DNA from: Bdellovibrionales bacterium
Lineage (GTDB): Bacteria; Bdellovibrionota; Bdellovibrionia; Bdellovibrionales; JAUICD01
NCBI GenBank assembly: GCA_965203275.1
Contig: OZ241865.1
Location: 1,280,001-1,344,000 of the forward strand
Direction: 5' to 3'
Length of the DNA stretch: 64,000 bases
In this document: one piece after another, positions 19,204 to 30,592 of the stretch
How the letters are laid out: every line of letters begins with the position of its first letter
How positions within the stretch are numbered: position 1 is the first letter of the stretch
Position numbers and translations under genes: made by a program
Notes under the pieces: generated by a model
The model's database searches: none
Seen by the model: the letters and a program-made list of their open reading frames with translations, nothing else
What the model was told of the DNA's origin: nothing

Positions 19204-20043
19204 TTAAGCTTTTTGATTTTCGACGAAAAAACAAAAAGTTGAAAGCCATTTTTGTGGAGAGATTTCTTCTGGTCTGGCTGTGTATTGAATATTTAAAACC
19301 TTAAAAGCATTCTTGATGAAAGCTTCTGTCATTATACTTTTTTCAATGACCTCACTTTCATAATTTAAAAGCACTTTTTTTAGTTGTTTGCGTCTTTGAC
19401 TAAACCCTACCTTAAGAAACTTTAAAAATGCCTTAGAAGTTTTATAATTAAAAGACCTAGAAGGTGTAAACACCAAAACCTGACTGCCTATCTGAGGTGG
19501 AGGATAAAAATCTTTTGAACCTGCATTTAAAAGTCTTTTGATTTGCCAATGTGTCTGACTCATAACACTTAACAATCCATAATTAGGTCCATTGGTTTGG
19601 CTTAAAATTCTTTCGGCTACTTCTCTTTGAAACATTAAAACCATCTTGTTTAAAGGCTTAGAATCCAAACACCTATCTACTAAAATACGAGAAGATATTT
19701 GATAAGGCAAATTGCTAACCAATACAGTTTGATCATTGATTAAATTTTGCCAATCCACAAGCAGGGCATCATCTTCTAAAACAAAAAACCCTTTTTGCTT
19801 TAGAAATGTAGCAAATACTTTGTCTTTTTCAATAAGGATGAGGTCCTTGATTTCTGTTAAACCTTCAGTCAGGCAACCTAGTCCTGGTCCTATTTCTATA
19901 ACTTTATGGGCTTTGTGATCGATCACTTCTTTAATGATCTTTTGACATATAAGCGGATTGACCAAGAAATTCTGCCCTAATGATTTCTTAGGATGACATT
20001 TTAATTGTTGCAGTAACAAAATAATCTGCTTTGTTGTATACAT
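19204..20043 (-). CDS. rsmA: 16S rRNA dimethyladenosine transferase
   Basis: KKSLGQNFL, EIGPGLG, NLPY; ATG 20043 chosen as start. Confidence 0.95.
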   Translation of the reverse strand: MYTTKQIILLLQQLKCHPKKSLGQNFLVNPLICQKIIKEVIDHKAHKVIEIGPGLGCLTEGLTEIKDLILIEKDKVFATFLKQKGFFVLEDDALLVDWQNLINDQTVLVSNLPYQISSRILVDRCLDSKPLNKMVLMFQREVAERILSQTNGPNYGLLSVMSQTHWQIKRLLNAGSKDFYPPPQIGSQVLVFTPSRSFNYKTSKAFLKFLKVGFSQRRKQLKKVLLNYESEVIEKSIMTEAFIKNAFKVLNIQYTARPEEISPQKWLSTFCFFVENQKA

Positions 20044-20157
20044 CCCCTTGATGATCCTCTGTGATCTCAATGCTAACAACCTGAGTTTATAGGAAAAGAT
20101 TTTGCCTTATCTAAAAAAATGTAAGCCTATACATTTGAAAGTCTCAAGCAAATCTAT

Positions 20158-20637
20158 CTATAGAATACTATGCATAGCACATAAATTATCTGCATGTTTA
20201 AGTAGCCACTCTTTGGCTTTTTTTTCATTGTTGTCGTTGGGGTAAATTTTCCCTCTTGGCTGATCCAGTAAGTTTTTATTTTTAAAATCTTCTTGAAGCT
20301 TTTGATCCTCTGAATAGAGGAGTCTTGCTCCACTGATTTGAGCTAGGGCTATAATATGTAGATCATTAGACTGGCATTGTTTTTGTTTTTTTAATTCTTT
20401 GGCTCTTGTTTCAATGTCTTCTGCACTGAAAGACTTTGCTTTTTTATTTTTAAGTAATTCTTTTAAAAAATTTAGAACTTCTTTAGAGTTTCCCACAAGC
20501 TCATCTGTTATTTTACCTCCTATGACCAAACGATTTTCCCCTTCGTTTATCCATTCATCAAATACTTTACCTGCCGGTGTAAGTTTTTCAGGATTAAGTA
20601 CTTCATGGCGAACATTTACATCTAAAATAGCACACAT
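20158..20637 (-). CDS. PIN-domain-like protein
   Basis: ILDVNV..NDLHIIALA..LYSEDQKL acidic PIN pattern. Confidence 0.65.
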   Translation of the reverse strand: MCAILDVNVRHEVLNPEKLTPAGKVFDEWINEGENRLVIGGKITDELVGNSKEVLNFLKELLKNKKAKSFSAEDIETRAKELKKQKQCQSNDLHIIALAQISGARLLYSEDQKLQEDFKNKNLLDQPRGKIYPNDNNEKKAKEWLLKHADNLCAMHSIL

Positions 20638-20640
20638 AAA

Positions 20641-22038
20641 TTAAGATCCTGTAAGGCCTAAGGCACGCCTTGTTTCATTCATAAAAAACTCTCTGTAACT
20701 ATCAGGTGTATTGTCAATCCCACCATTTTTTTTAAGTTTGAGTGAATGGATTTGCACTTCAAGGCCTTTACGACGTTCAAAAAACAAAACAGATACATCC
20801 TCTGGTTTAAGTTTTGTTTTGCCATCCCGTATATCCATGCATACCCGATCCAGCAAATAGTCGCTATGTGTTTCAACTATGACTTGATGTTTTTTCTGCT
20901 CTATAGCTTCGCAAAGCAAGCCACCAAAAGTTGCCTGAACACTAGGATGCAAATGAACTTCTGGCTGTTGCAATAAAAAAATGCGAGGATTCTGCTTTCT
21001 TAAGAGTTCAGTTATCAACGGCAATGTTTGACTGACACCGTATCCTACATCAACAAGATTGCGGGGAAGTGCTTTTTGACCCTTTCTGATTTGGATTTGA
21101 AAGGGTTCAATACCGCTTTTTCCAAAATGTTTTATTTTAATCTCATCAAAAAGCCCTGCTTTTTTTCCAAAATCTTCAAAGTTTTTTTTAAGCACCTTCC
21201 ATTGTTTAGGTTCTTTCAGAAATAATTCTGAAAGATACATAGGGATATGAGTTCCTTCAGGATCCCATCTTATTTGTTCAGGGTCATAAGTCCTTTGAGG
21301 TTTTGAACGTACAGGGGCAAAGGCATAAGGGCGTTTGAGAGGATGAAAATTGTTATGAGTAGCTGTAATTATTTTTTCAATTTGTTGAATGTCTTCTTTT
21401 TTCATTTGAGGAGATTCATTGTTTAGTGTTAATTCGAAACCATCTTGTTTGTCTTTAAAAATATCATCTAATATAACAAAAAATAATTGAGCAATAGGAC
21501 CATATAATAGATTGAATACACTACGAAGACGAAGAAATATATGGAGACGACCTTGTTCATTTTCTTTTTTCTGTTTTTCTGAAAGTGTCCAACTTCCATT
21601 GGATGTACCAAAATCTAATTGCCATTTTTCCCCTTGAATATTAGATTCAATCCAAACACCTTGATCATTAGAAAGTTTCTCTCGAATGGGGATAGGTTGA
21701 AATTTATCTTTTCCAAAAATAACCTTGGTATGTATATTTTCCTCTGCAACAGCAAAACTAAATCCTCCTTCAAAAGTTTTTGGTTGATTTTTCTCTGTTT
21801 GATCACGGTAGATAATTTCATCAAAGCTACCTAAATCATAAGGTTTTTCTTTAAAGTTAGGAAAACTTCTGATTTGACCTATATTATCCATTAAAATGCG
21901 GAGCATAGCCATAAAAGAGGTTTTGCCTGTGCTGTTTTCTCCCACCAGCAAAGTCAGTGGAGCTAGCCGAGCTTTTTGTTCTCCTTTAAAACACCGAAAG
22001 TCCTTAAATCTTACTTCATTGATCAATTGAAAAGCCAT
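20641..22038 (-). CDS. ABC-type AAA ATPase (AAA_15/AAA_21, DUF3696-like C-terminus)
   Basis: GENSTGKT, VGYGVSQ, QQPEVHLHP, VETHSD. Confidence 0.85.
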   Translation of the reverse strand: MAFQLINEVRFKDFRCFKGEQKARLAPLTLLVGENSTGKTSFMAMLRILMDNIGQIRSFPNFKEKPYDLGSFDEIIYRDQTEKNQPKTFEGGFSFAVAEENIHTKVIFGKDKFQPIPIREKLSNDQGVWIESNIQGEKWQLDFGTSNGSWTLSEKQKKENEQGRLHIFLRLRSVFNLLYGPIAQLFFVILDDIFKDKQDGFELTLNNESPQMKKEDIQQIEKIITATHNNFHPLKRPYAFAPVRSKPQRTYDPEQIRWDPEGTHIPMYLSELFLKEPKQWKVLKKNFEDFGKKAGLFDEIKIKHFGKSGIEPFQIQIRKGQKALPRNLVDVGYGVSQTLPLITELLRKQNPRIFLLQQPEVHLHPSVQATFGGLLCEAIEQKKHQVIVETHSDYLLDRVCMDIRDGKTKLKPEDVSVLFFERRKGLEVQIHSLKLKKNGGIDNTPDSYREFFMNETRRALGLTGS

Positions 22039-22132
22039 GAATATTCTCCTTTTTTATTTAATAATAAACTAAAAGCTTATTATTTTCAATCCAATGACAG
22101 AACTTATTCTATTCTTTTCTTAAACTCAAGGC

Positions 22133-23185
22133 TTAAAGTGGCCAAACGGGTTGAGGTGTCAATGGAGAGTGACTTTTATATCCTGCCTGCAACCGCAACA
22201 AGCCAGCCAAACCAATCATAGCAGCATTGTCAGTACAATAACGCAGGGGAGGGATTGCTAAAGCAATATCATCTTGCTTAGCCCACTGCTCTGCCCTTTG
22301 CCTCAAGCGATTATTCGCACTGACACCTCCTGCAATCACTACATCTTTAATATTGTGTTGAACAGATGCAGTCTGAAGTTTTTTCAACAGCACATCCACA
22401 ATAGCTTCCTGATAAGCGGCACAGATAGCAGGCTTTTGATCTTCAAGCTCTAAAGAAGGTATTCCTTCAATTAAACGTAAAGCTGCTGTTTTTAAACCAG
22501 AAAAACTAAAATTATGCCCCTTTATTAAAGGACGAGGAAAATCAAAAGCACGGGGGTCACCTTTTTGTGCTAATCGATCAACTAAAACACCTCCGGGAAA
22601 ACCAAGCCCTAACATTTGCCCTAACTTATCAAAGGCTTCCCCTGCAGCATCGTCCACTGTCGTTTCTAAAACTTCATACTCAAACAAACAATGGACTTTA
22701 TAAAGGGTTGTATGTCCACCACTGACAGTTAAAGCCAAAAATGGTTTTGTATAACTAAAAGCAGGTTGATAGCTTTCGTCCTTTAAAAAAGCCGACAAAA
22801 TATGCCCTTCTAAATGATTAACCCCTATAAGAGGTTTTTGTTTTGTCAAGGCTAACACTTCCATTGTTAAAGTCCCTACAAGCAAAGAGCCTATCAAACC
22901 TGGCCCTTGGGTGACTGCAAGTCCATCAATACCATCCCAATCTAACTGTGATTGTGTCAGCACTTGATCGATTAATGGCAATAATACTTCTAAATGTTTA
23001 CGGCCTGCAATCTCAGGGACAACACCTAAAAAAGGCAAGTGCATATTATTTTGGTTTAACACCTTATTGACAAGTACATTTTGATCTTGATGATCTTGTA
23101 TGATGGCTACAGATGTATCATCACAGCTTGTTTCAATGCTAAGTAGTGTTTTTATTTTATGAGATGGTTTTGATAGGTTTGTCAT
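22133..23185 (-). CDS. tsaD: tRNA N6-threonylcarbamoyltransferase TsaD
   Basis: IETSCDDT, NHLEGH, SGGHT, TDNAAMIG. Confidence 0.96.
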   Translation of the reverse strand: MTNLSKPSHKIKTLLSIETSCDDTSVAIIQDHQDQNVLVNKVLNQNNMHLPFLGVVPEIAGRKHLEVLLPLIDQVLTQSQLDWDGIDGLAVTQGPGLIGSLLVGTLTMEVLALTKQKPLIGVNHLEGHILSAFLKDESYQPAFSYTKPFLALTVSGGHTTLYKVHCLFEYEVLETTVDDAAGEAFDKLGQMLGLGFPGGVLVDRLAQKGDPRAFDFPRPLIKGHNFSFSGLKTAALRLIEGIPSLELEDQKPAICAAYQEAIVDVLLKKLQTASVQHNIKDVVIAGGVSANNRLRQRAEQWAKQDDIALAIPPLRYCTDNAAMIGLAGLLRLQAGYKSHSPLTPQPVWPL

Positions 23186-23213
23186 GTCATGCACTAAGCC
23201 TAAGCCAATAGAG

Positions 23214-23753
23214 CTAAAGGGTTGCAACTTCTATATCTTCAGAAATTTTAGAACCTGTGGTTTTCATTTGCCCTTGATATTTGCCTTTATAAGGTGTTTG
23301 AGAAGACTGATCCATTTTGCAAAAGACAAGCTGGCATATCCTTCGACCTGCTGTCAGTTGAATAGGAAGTGCAGTGGCATTGTAAAGCTCTAAGGTGATA
23401 TGCCCCTTAAATCCCGGATCAATCCACCCTGCATTTTGGATAAATAAACCAATGCGTCCCACAGAACTTCTCCCTTCTACAAACGATGTGATATTATGAG
23501 GTAATTCGATGTATTCCATGGTCGTAGCTAGCAGAAAAGAATGCGGTTCTATGATCATATTTTTTGCTCGGATGTCTTCATAGTCATTGTTGTCTGATAA
23601 ACTAATCATTTTTTTTTTGTTTTTAAAACGTAAAAAATGATCACCTAAACGGCAATCTAAAGAAGCCGACTGCAAGGATTCCTCACAGAGAGGTCTTGCC
23701 ACCAATTGCTTGCTATCCAGCATGCTTTTTATTGTTTTGTCAGAAAGAATCAT
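23214..23753 (-). CDS. dcd: dCTP deaminase
   Basis: GRSSVGRIG, IDPGFKGHITLE. Confidence 0.93.
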   Translation of the reverse strand: MILSDKTIKSMLDSKQLVARPLCEESLQSASLDCRLGDHFLRFKNKKKMISLSDNNDYEDIRAKNMIIEPHSFLLATTMEYIELPHNITSFVEGRSSVGRIGLFIQNAGWIDPGFKGHITLELYNATALPIQLTAGRRICQLVFCKMDQSSQTPYKGKYQGQMKTTGSKISEDIEVATL

Positions 23754-23873
23754 GCCTGCCTCTTGTTTTGTTAGTTTATTGCTTTACTTTAAAACATTCG
23801 ATCATTCGGTTTGACAAGTTGAAAATATTCTTTAGCAAGAGCGACTTGTGACACACAAAGTCAAGGCTTTATC

Positions 23874-25343
23874 TCAAAAAAGCTCTGTGTAATTAGGTGC
23901 TTCTTTAGTGATAGAGACATTATGGACATGAGATTCTTTAAGGCCATGCGAGGTCATACGAACAAATTGAGCCTTTTCTTGTAATTGCTGGATAGATTCT
24001 GCTCCTATATATCCCATACCTGATCTTAATCCCCCAACCAGTTGGTGTAGAAGGCTAGTGGTAGGACCTTTATAGGGTACCTTAGCTTCTATGCCTTCTG
24101 GTACGAGTTTATCTAGTGATACATTGGATTGTTGATAACGTTCTCTAGAGCCTTTTTTCATAGCACCTAAACTGCCCATTCCTCTGTAAACCTTATAAGT
24201 CCGCCCTTGATAAAAAATAAACTCACCAGGACTCTCATCTGTTCCTGCCAGTAATCCTCCTAACATCACAGTATGAGCTCCAAGAGCTAACGCTTTGACA
24301 AGATCGCCTGAATATTTAATCCCACCATCAGCTATAATGGTCTTGCCAAGTGATTGGGCCTGATCAATACAGTCTAAAATAGCAGAAGCTTGAGGCATCC
24401 CTACACCTGCTACTATACGGGTAGTACAAATACTACCAGGTCCGACACCTACCTTAATGACGTCAGCCCCTGCCTTAGCAAGAGCTAAGACTCCTTCTCC
24501 CGTGACGACATTACCTGCTACAATGACAATGTCTTTTTTAGATTCTTTGATTCGATTGTGGAGTTGCTCTACAAGTTTGACCACAGATTGAGAATGTCCA
24601 TGTGCTGTATCTACAACTAAAATATTAACCCCTGCTTTGATGAGAGCTTCAGCTCTTTGCAATGTATCTTCACCAGTGCTGACAGCAGCAGCAGCAAGCA
24701 ATTGTCCACGACGATCTTTAGCAGCATGAGGGTAGGCTTGAGATTTTTCAATATCTTTAATTGTGATCAAGCCTTTTAAGAAACCCTTATCATCTACAAC
24801 AGGGAGTTTTTCAATGCGGTTGCTTTGCAGTATGGTTTTAGCTTTTTCTAGGTTGGTACCTACTTGGGTGGTGATCAGATTATCTTTTGTCATAATGTTG
24901 GAGATAGGTTGATCGAGGCAAACTTCAAAGCAAAGGTCTCTATGGGTAAGAATACCTACTAGTTTTCCCTTGACAGTGATAGGAACTCCATTAATAGAAT
25001 GCTGTTCCATCAATTCAAGAGCATCAGAAACAGGAGCTTCGGGAGGTAAGGTGATGGGATCTGAAATCATAATACTTTCAAATTTTTTGACCTTTTTAAC
25101 TTCGGTAGCTTGTTCTTTGATGGAAAGATTTTTGTGGATGACGCCAAAGCCTCCAGCCTGAGCCATCACAATAGCCATTTTATGTTCTGTGACAGTATCC
25201 ATAGCTGCTGAAATAATAGGAATTGTTAAATGAATATTTTTAGCAAAATGGACAGAAGTACTCACTTGAGAAGGAAGTACTTGAGAATATTGAGGGACAA
25301 GTAAAATATCATCAAAAGTAAAAGCTTGCTTTATATTGTTCAT
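23874..25343 (-). CDS. guaB: IMP dehydrogenase
   Basis: [20 protein letters not shown] pair. Confidence 0.97.
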   Translation of the reverse strand: MNNIKQAFTFDDILLVPQYSQVLPSQVSTSVHFAKNIHLTIPIISAAMDTVTEHKMAIVMAQAGGFGVIHKNLSIKEQATEVKKVKKFESIMISDPITLPPEAPVSDALELMEQHSINGVPITVKGKLVGILTHRDLCFEVCLDQPISNIMTKDNLITTQVGTNLEKAKTILQSNRIEKLPVVDDKGFLKGLITIKDIEKSQAYPHAAKDRRGQLLAAAAVSTGEDTLQRAEALIKAGVNILVVDTAHGHSQSVVKLVEQLHNRIKESKKDIVIVAGNVVTGEGVLALAKAGADVIKVGVGPGSICTTRIVAGVGMPQASAILDCIDQAQSLGKTIIADGGIKYSGDLVKALALGAHTVMLGGLLAGTDESPGEFIFYQGRTYKVYRGMGSLGAMKKGSRERYQQSNVSLDKLVPEGIEAKVPYKGPTTSLLHQLVGGLRSGMGYIGAESIQQLQEKAQFVRMTSHGLKESHVHNVSITKEAPNYTELF

Positions 25344-25476
25344 ATTTGCTCCATGCTTTACTTCATATAAGCACAATCCTATAAAGTCAATATAAAATGT
25401 TCATTGCTTTTTATATTGTCCTTCGATATTCTTTTGAGGATTGTAAGGATATTGTTTTCAAGAATGTCATCTCAAA

Positions 25477-26565
25477 GTGAGGATTTTTATGTTTTTCCAG
25501 TGGTTATATCAATTTTCGGATACAGTTTCTGTATTGAATGTCTTTCAGTACATTACTTTTAGGACTTTTCTTTCTTTTTTAACAGCTTTCTCTATTGCTT
25601 GGTTTTTAGGTCCTTACTTTATCAAGCAAATGACAGGTCGTAAATTTAAACAAGTGATTCGAGAAGATGGCCCTGAAACTCATTTTAAAAAAGTCGGCAC
25701 TCCTACTATGGGGGGATGGCTTGTGTTATTTAGTGTGATGGTCGCCTCTCTTCTTTGGGCTAATTGGTCGAACCCTCTTGTTTTAGCCTTGTTGTTGATA
25801 ACCTTTAGCTTTGGTCTTATTGGCTATTGGGATGATCACCTCAAAATCTCTAATAATTCTTCTAAGGGGCTTTCAGGTAAGGCTCGTCTTTTTTTGGAAT
25901 TTCTCATATCTGCTTTAATTATAGTCGCACTGATTCAATGGTTTGATTTTTCTACCCAAGTGTCTGTCCCTATCTTTAAAAATGTTAATTTTAATTTAGG
26001 TTGGTTTTATGTGCTTTTTTCTTGCTGTGTGATTGTGGGTTGTGCTAACGCAGTCAACCTAACGGATGGCTTAGATGGATTGGCCATTGCCCCTATCATC
26101 ATTGCGACAGGGACTTATTTAATTTTGGCTTATGTGGCAGGGCATGTTAGAATTGCAGAATACCTTCAAATCCCATTTGTTCCAGGGGCAGGAGAGTTAG
26201 CTCCTCTTGCAGCTATGGTTGTAGCAGCAGGCTTAGGTTTTCTCTGGTATAATTTTTACCCTGCTCAAATTATTATGGGCGATGTAGGCAGTTTAAGTAT
26301 GGGGAGTTTTTTAGGAACTATGGCTGTTCTGACAAAAAATGAGTTACTCTTGACAATTATTGGTGGGATATTTACATTAGAGGCTTTATCAGTGATCACA
26401 CAAGTTATATGTTTTAAACTGACAGGCAAGCGAATTTTTAGGATGGCACCTATCCATCATCATTTTGAACTCAAAGGTATTGACGAAACAAAGATAGTTG
26501 TGAGATTTTGGATTATCTCTATTCTACTAGCAGTGTTGAGTTTAAGCACACTTAAGTTGAGATAA
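25477..26565 (+). CDS. mraY: Phospho-N-acetylmuramoyl-pentapeptide transferase
   Basis: [24 protein letters not shown]. Confidence 0.97.
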   Translation: MRIFMFFQWLYQFSDTVSVLNVFQYITFRTFLSFLTAFSIAWFLGPYFIKQMTGRKFKQVIREDGPETHFKKVGTPTMGGWLVLFSVMVASLLWANWSNPLVLALLLITFSFGLIGYWDDHLKISNNSSKGLSGKARLFLEFLISALIIVALIQWFDFSTQVSVPIFKNVNFNLGWFYVLFSCCVIVGCANAVNLTDGLDGLAIAPIIIATGTYLILAYVAGHVRIAEYLQIPFVPGAGELAPLAAMVVAAGLGFLWYNFYPAQIIMGDVGSLSMGSFLGTMAVLTKNELLLTIIGGIFTLEALSVITQVICFKLTGKRIFRMAPIHHHFELKGIDETKIVVRFWIISILLAVLSLSTLKLR

Positions 26566-26614
26566 TTTAAGGTAAATTTATAAAAAATCTATCAGAAATG
26601 GAGGCTTATATTTT

Positions 26615-28006
26615 ATGAAAAGAATAACTAAAGAAAGCTTGAGAAACAGAAGAATCATGGTAGTAGGGCTTGCTAAAACAGGTGTAGCCCTTGCAAGGTT
26701 TTTATGTGAAGTAGGGGCAGAGGTTTCTGTCAGTGACCACAAATCAGTTGCAGAATTATCTGACTGCTTAGAAAGCATCGAGGATTTAGATATTCATTAT
26801 GATTTAGGAGGTCATACTCCTAAAGCTATGCTAGCTCAAGAGATGATTATTTTAAGTCCAGGAGTTTCCCCTAGCTTGCAAATCTTTCATTATGCAAGGC
26901 AACATGGAGTGAAGATCACATCAGACATAGAGTTTGCTTCACAAATGATCAAGGAGCCTATCATAGCCATCACAGGGACGAATGGCAAAACCACAACAGC
27001 TGAAATGACCAATGCCTTTTTAACAAGGTCTGGGGTGAAGACATGGATAGGTGGTAATTATGGGAACCCTTTGATTGAATACATCAGAACCAAGCAAAAA
27101 GCTGATGTTTTGATCTGTGAGGTGTCTAGCTTCCAATTAGAATTAATAGAAACCTTTACTCCTCAGACAATTATTTTCACTAACATTGCTCCCAACCACT
27201 TTGATAGATATAAAAGCTTGGATGCTTACATTAAAGCAAAACGACGTATTTTTATGAATGCTAATTCTGAAACAAAAAACATTTTAAATGCTGATGACCA
27301 TCGAGTGGTCAATATTGCCAATGACCCTATTGTCAAGCAGGGTTATATTTTTTATTTTTCTAGGAGGCCTTCTTTTGAACAAATCATTATGGAAGAAACT
27401 GGTGGTGGTGTTTATATTGGTAACGAAATTCACATTCGGGTCAGCCCTGAAAAAGAAGTCTATTCTAGTAGCAATATGCAAATTTTAGGAGAACATTCTG
27501 TAGAAAATATGATGGCTGCTATTTGTGCTGCTAGAGGTTATGGGGCAAAACCATCAGTGATTCAAGAGGTCATTAATTCTTTTGAGTCTATCCCTCACAG
27601 GATAGAATATGTCAGAAAGGTTGGTGGAGTATATTTTTATAATGATTCTAAAGCGACAAATATTCATGCTGTGCAGAGAGCTTTGGCTTCTTTTGATGAG
27701 AATGTTATTCTTATTTCAGGAGGGAAAGATGCTGACTTAAATTTTGAGGGCCTTGCTCCTATTATTAGAGAAAGGGTTAAAACATTAATTCTTTTTGGAG
27801 AATCTAAGGAAAAAATCAACCGGGCTATTGGAAACTGTACTGATACCTATTTGATAGGAACATTTGATGAAGCGGTTTTAATAGCCTATCAGAAGTCTAA
27901 GATCAATGATATTGTTTTGTTATCCCCTGGGTGTCCAAGCTTTGACCTCTTTGACAGTTATGTAGAAAGAGGAAACCGCTTTAAAAAAATCGTCAATGCT
28001 TTATAA
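26615..28006 (+). CDS. murD: UDP-MurNAc-L-Ala:D-Glu ligase
   Basis: TGTNGKTT, NDSKATN, LSPGCPSFD. Confidence 0.96.
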   Translation: MKRITKESLRNRRIMVVGLAKTGVALARFLCEVGAEVSVSDHKSVAELSDCLESIEDLDIHYDLGGHTPKAMLAQEMIILSPGVSPSLQIFHYARQHGVKITSDIEFASQMIKEPIIAITGTNGKTTTAEMTNAFLTRSGVKTWIGGNYGNPLIEYIRTKQKADVLICEVSSFQLELIETFTPQTIIFTNIAPNHFDRYKSLDAYIKAKRRIFMNANSETKNILNADDHRVVNIANDPIVKQGYIFYFSRRPSFEQIIMEETGGGVYIGNEIHIRVSPEKEVYSSSNMQILGEHSVENMMAAICAARGYGAKPSVIQEVINSFESIPHRIEYVRKVGGVYFYNDSKATNIHAVQRALASFDENVILISGGKDADLNFEGLAPIIRERVKTLILFGESKEKINRAIGNCTDTYLIGTFDEAVLIAYQKSKINDIVLLSPGCPSFDLFDSYVERGNRFKKIVNAL

Positions 28007-28029
28007 ATTCAGTATATTTGAGCTACTGT

Positions 28030-28491
28030 CAGGCTAACTGCCTCAAAAGCCTGTTCACTTTTAGGAAGGAGGATCTCCTCATTTCTTAACACGATGTTAA
28101 GGAAAAAGGAGTTTCTTTTTTTGTTTTTTTATTCTCTTTTAGATTCTGCGTAATTTTCAAAAAAGCATGAATATTATGAGTGGGAGGCGGGGGCAGGCTG
28201 GAGATCTTCCGCAGACCCGCTTGCTCCTTAAAAGCAAGCGAAGGTTGAGGACTTCGGAAGCCTGACTCCGCATTCCACTCATAAAAAATATACAAATGGA
28301 AAAGCAGAATCGAAGGGCGGTGGGTGGGGTTAGGGAGTTAGCTGTTTCACTCAAAGTGAACTGGCCTCTGGCCACTTTTGGGCAATGACTGCAATGGCTT
28401 TCGCCATTGGCAAAATGGTCATTGCCTCAAAAATCTATGCATTTTGAGTAGGGCGAATCTCCTTGCTTCTTGACACGATGTTAGGGAAACA
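28030..28491. repeat. Repeat mosaic: partial A, C (28095-28336), chimeric A (28343-28491)
   Basis: Direct reading; lies between convergent genes. Confidence 0.9.
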
Positions 28492-28522
28492 AGATATGCT
28501 TCTCAAAAACCAGGTGGCTATG

Positions 28523-30439
28523 CTAAGCTGCCATCTTAAGATGAGATTTTTTAAGGTTAGGTTTTTTGCCTAACTTCTTAGCTTCCTTTATAACAATATT
28601 TTGTTGCTTCTGTATATTCTTAATATATGGATGTAATGCTTCTCTGATCTGTTCAACATATACCTTCACTTGATCAGATAAGCCTTTCATGCTTTGAACA
28701 CGTTGATTGAGTATAGCTTTTTCTGCCTCTTTAACTTGTTGTACGATGTGATCTTCTCTGTTGTGTCTTTCCCTCTCTGTTTTTTCAATTTCAGATAAAA
28801 TAAATTGACGGCATAAGCCCTTTTGAGCAAACGCTTGAAATAAAAGACCTCTGTCTTTATATTTATTGTTTTTAAAATCTTTTGCAAAAGACTCTTTGAG
28901 ATCTTGTATGAATTGCTTGTTTTTTTCATAGATGACAAATTCTTGACTTGGCCAAAAATATTCTATCCAACTGAATGCTTTTGTTATTTCCACTGTGGAA
29001 TCTGGAATATTGTTAAGTAATTTTTGTTTTAATTCTGTAGATGGCTTTTCTTTTAAAATAGTCCATTCTGTTAAGTCTTGTACTTTGCTGTTTATTTTGA
29101 TCTTTGCCTCAGAAGCTATTTGATTCAAACGTTTTTGCTCTGATTGTTTGTATTGATGGAACTGATCTTCATATTGTTGTCCTGTTTCTTTACTGACTTT
29201 TTGAAACTTTTTAAATACTCTTTTAAGCTTTTTCATAGCTTCTCGTAAAGGTTCTTCTTTTATTTCATTTGTAAACCCTCGTCCAAAAAGACCTCCAATA
29301 AGGCCTCCAGCAACACCTCCAATAACTGTTCCAGGACCAGGTATAATAGAACCAATAGTTGCTCCCAAAGCGGCACCTCCACTCATGCCCACTCCAGTAC
29401 CTACACAATCAAGTCCGACATTTACTAAAGCTGATTCTATATCTGTATTATTTTTTCTTAAAAGATTTATTTCTCGATAACCAGAAAATGCTGCTGTAAA
29501 TAAAGGAAGAGAGAAACCACCAACCTCTCCTAAAGCAAAATCACTGCCTGCCTCAACACCTTCTGTCACAGCTTCTTTGGAAAGGCTATGAACACTTTCT
29601 GTCACAGCTTCGTTGGAAAGGCTATGATCAACAATGACTCCATTGGTAGGATTGTCTTCTAAAAAGCTATTTAAACCATCCACACCCTCAGAAGGATCAA
29701 AATGAAAGGCTGTGGCTGTCTCGGGGATGTTGTCTGCATCAGCAGGGATTACGACAGGAATATCAGAATGCCCTTTGAAATGTTTTGTAAGGCTACTAGC
29801 ATCTTTTACTAGTTTGACTTGTACTTGATTGTCATTGAGTAAAAGGTCCCATCCTTCTTGATTGGAAGCCTCTGCCCACTGTACATCTATTCCAGCTTCT
29901 TTAAAATGCTCAGCGACATGGCTTTCTGCTACATGGCCTTTGAGTTTATTTAAAGCTCCTTCTGTAAGTCCTTCAGAATCACGAGCATAATCTTTGAGTT
30001 TTGCAGACAGATCAGAAAAGTTATTTATTTGCTCCCCAGACATACGAGAAATACCTTCATAAAGGTGAGTATCTACAGCTAGATATCGATGAAAGATACT
30101 AGCTCCTGCAATAGCACTATCAGCAATAACCGGAGTAACAGGGAGTTGATGAATATTTGATTTTTCTGTCCCTGATGTATTAGAGCTTGATGTATTAGAA
30201 TTTAATGTATCAGAAGAAGACATAGAAGTTGAAGATACAGCATTTATTTTAGGAGTAGAGTGTTTAAGGTGGGAGTTTTTATTTCTTAGGTTTTTCATAT
30301 AACTGCCTATATCGTAAGGGGAAAGATTTGCTTTTGCTTGGTGTTCCACTGTTTTAGAGTAGAATAAGTAGAGATGACGAACCAAGCTTGTAAAACACAA
30401 TAAAAATAAAGTACTTAATACATAAAATAATATGTTCAT
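28523..30439 (-). CDS. Membrane-anchored protein with glycine zipper and coiled-coil C-terminus
   Basis: 638 aa; N-terminal TM; GAALGATIGSIIPGPGTVIGGVAGG zipper. Confidence 0.75.
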   Translation of the reverse strand: MNILFYVLSTLFLLCFTSLVRHLYLFYSKTVEHQAKANLSPYDIGSYMKNLRNKNSHLKHSTPKINAVSSTSMSSSDTLNSNTSSSNTSGTEKSNIHQLPVTPVIADSAIAGASIFHRYLAVDTHLYEGISRMSGEQINNFSDLSAKLKDYARDSEGLTEGALNKLKGHVAESHVAEHFKEAGIDVQWAEASNQEGWDLLLNDNQVQVKLVKDASSLTKHFKGHSDIPVVIPADADNIPETATAFHFDPSEGVDGLNSFLEDNPTNGVIVDHSLSNEAVTESVHSLSKEAVTEGVEAGSDFALGEVGGFSLPLFTAAFSGYREINLLRKNNTDIESALVNVGLDCVGTGVGMSGGAALGATIGSIIPGPGTVIGGVAGGLIGGLFGRGFTNEIKEEPLREAMKKLKRVFKKFQKVSKETGQQYEDQFHQYKQSEQKRLNQIASEAKIKINSKVQDLTEWTILKEKPSTELKQKLLNNIPDSTVEITKAFSWIEYFWPSQEFVIYEKNKQFIQDLKESFAKDFKNNKYKDRGLLFQAFAQKGLCRQFILSEIEKTERERHNREDHIVQQVKEAEKAILNQRVQSMKGLSDQVKVYVEQIREALHPYIKNIQKQQNIVIKEAKKLGKKPNLKKSHLKMAA

Positions 30440-30592
30440 TTTTTTCTCCTTATTTTATATTTGTTGCTATTTCTTACTTTCTTATCGGCAGTTTGTCAGT
30501 TTAAATTCAAAAAAAATCACAATTTATCACAAAATAATCAAAAAAATTAAACAGTGTCTTTTTATTTTTCAGTTTGTATTGAATATTGTACA

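Noticed and set aside
28086..28375. Short ORFs inside the mosaics (also 6965-7293, 12598-12885, 30586-30777, 57381-57575, 60868-61777)
   Set aside because: They are translations of the repeat modules in varying frames, with no RBS and no conserved frame.
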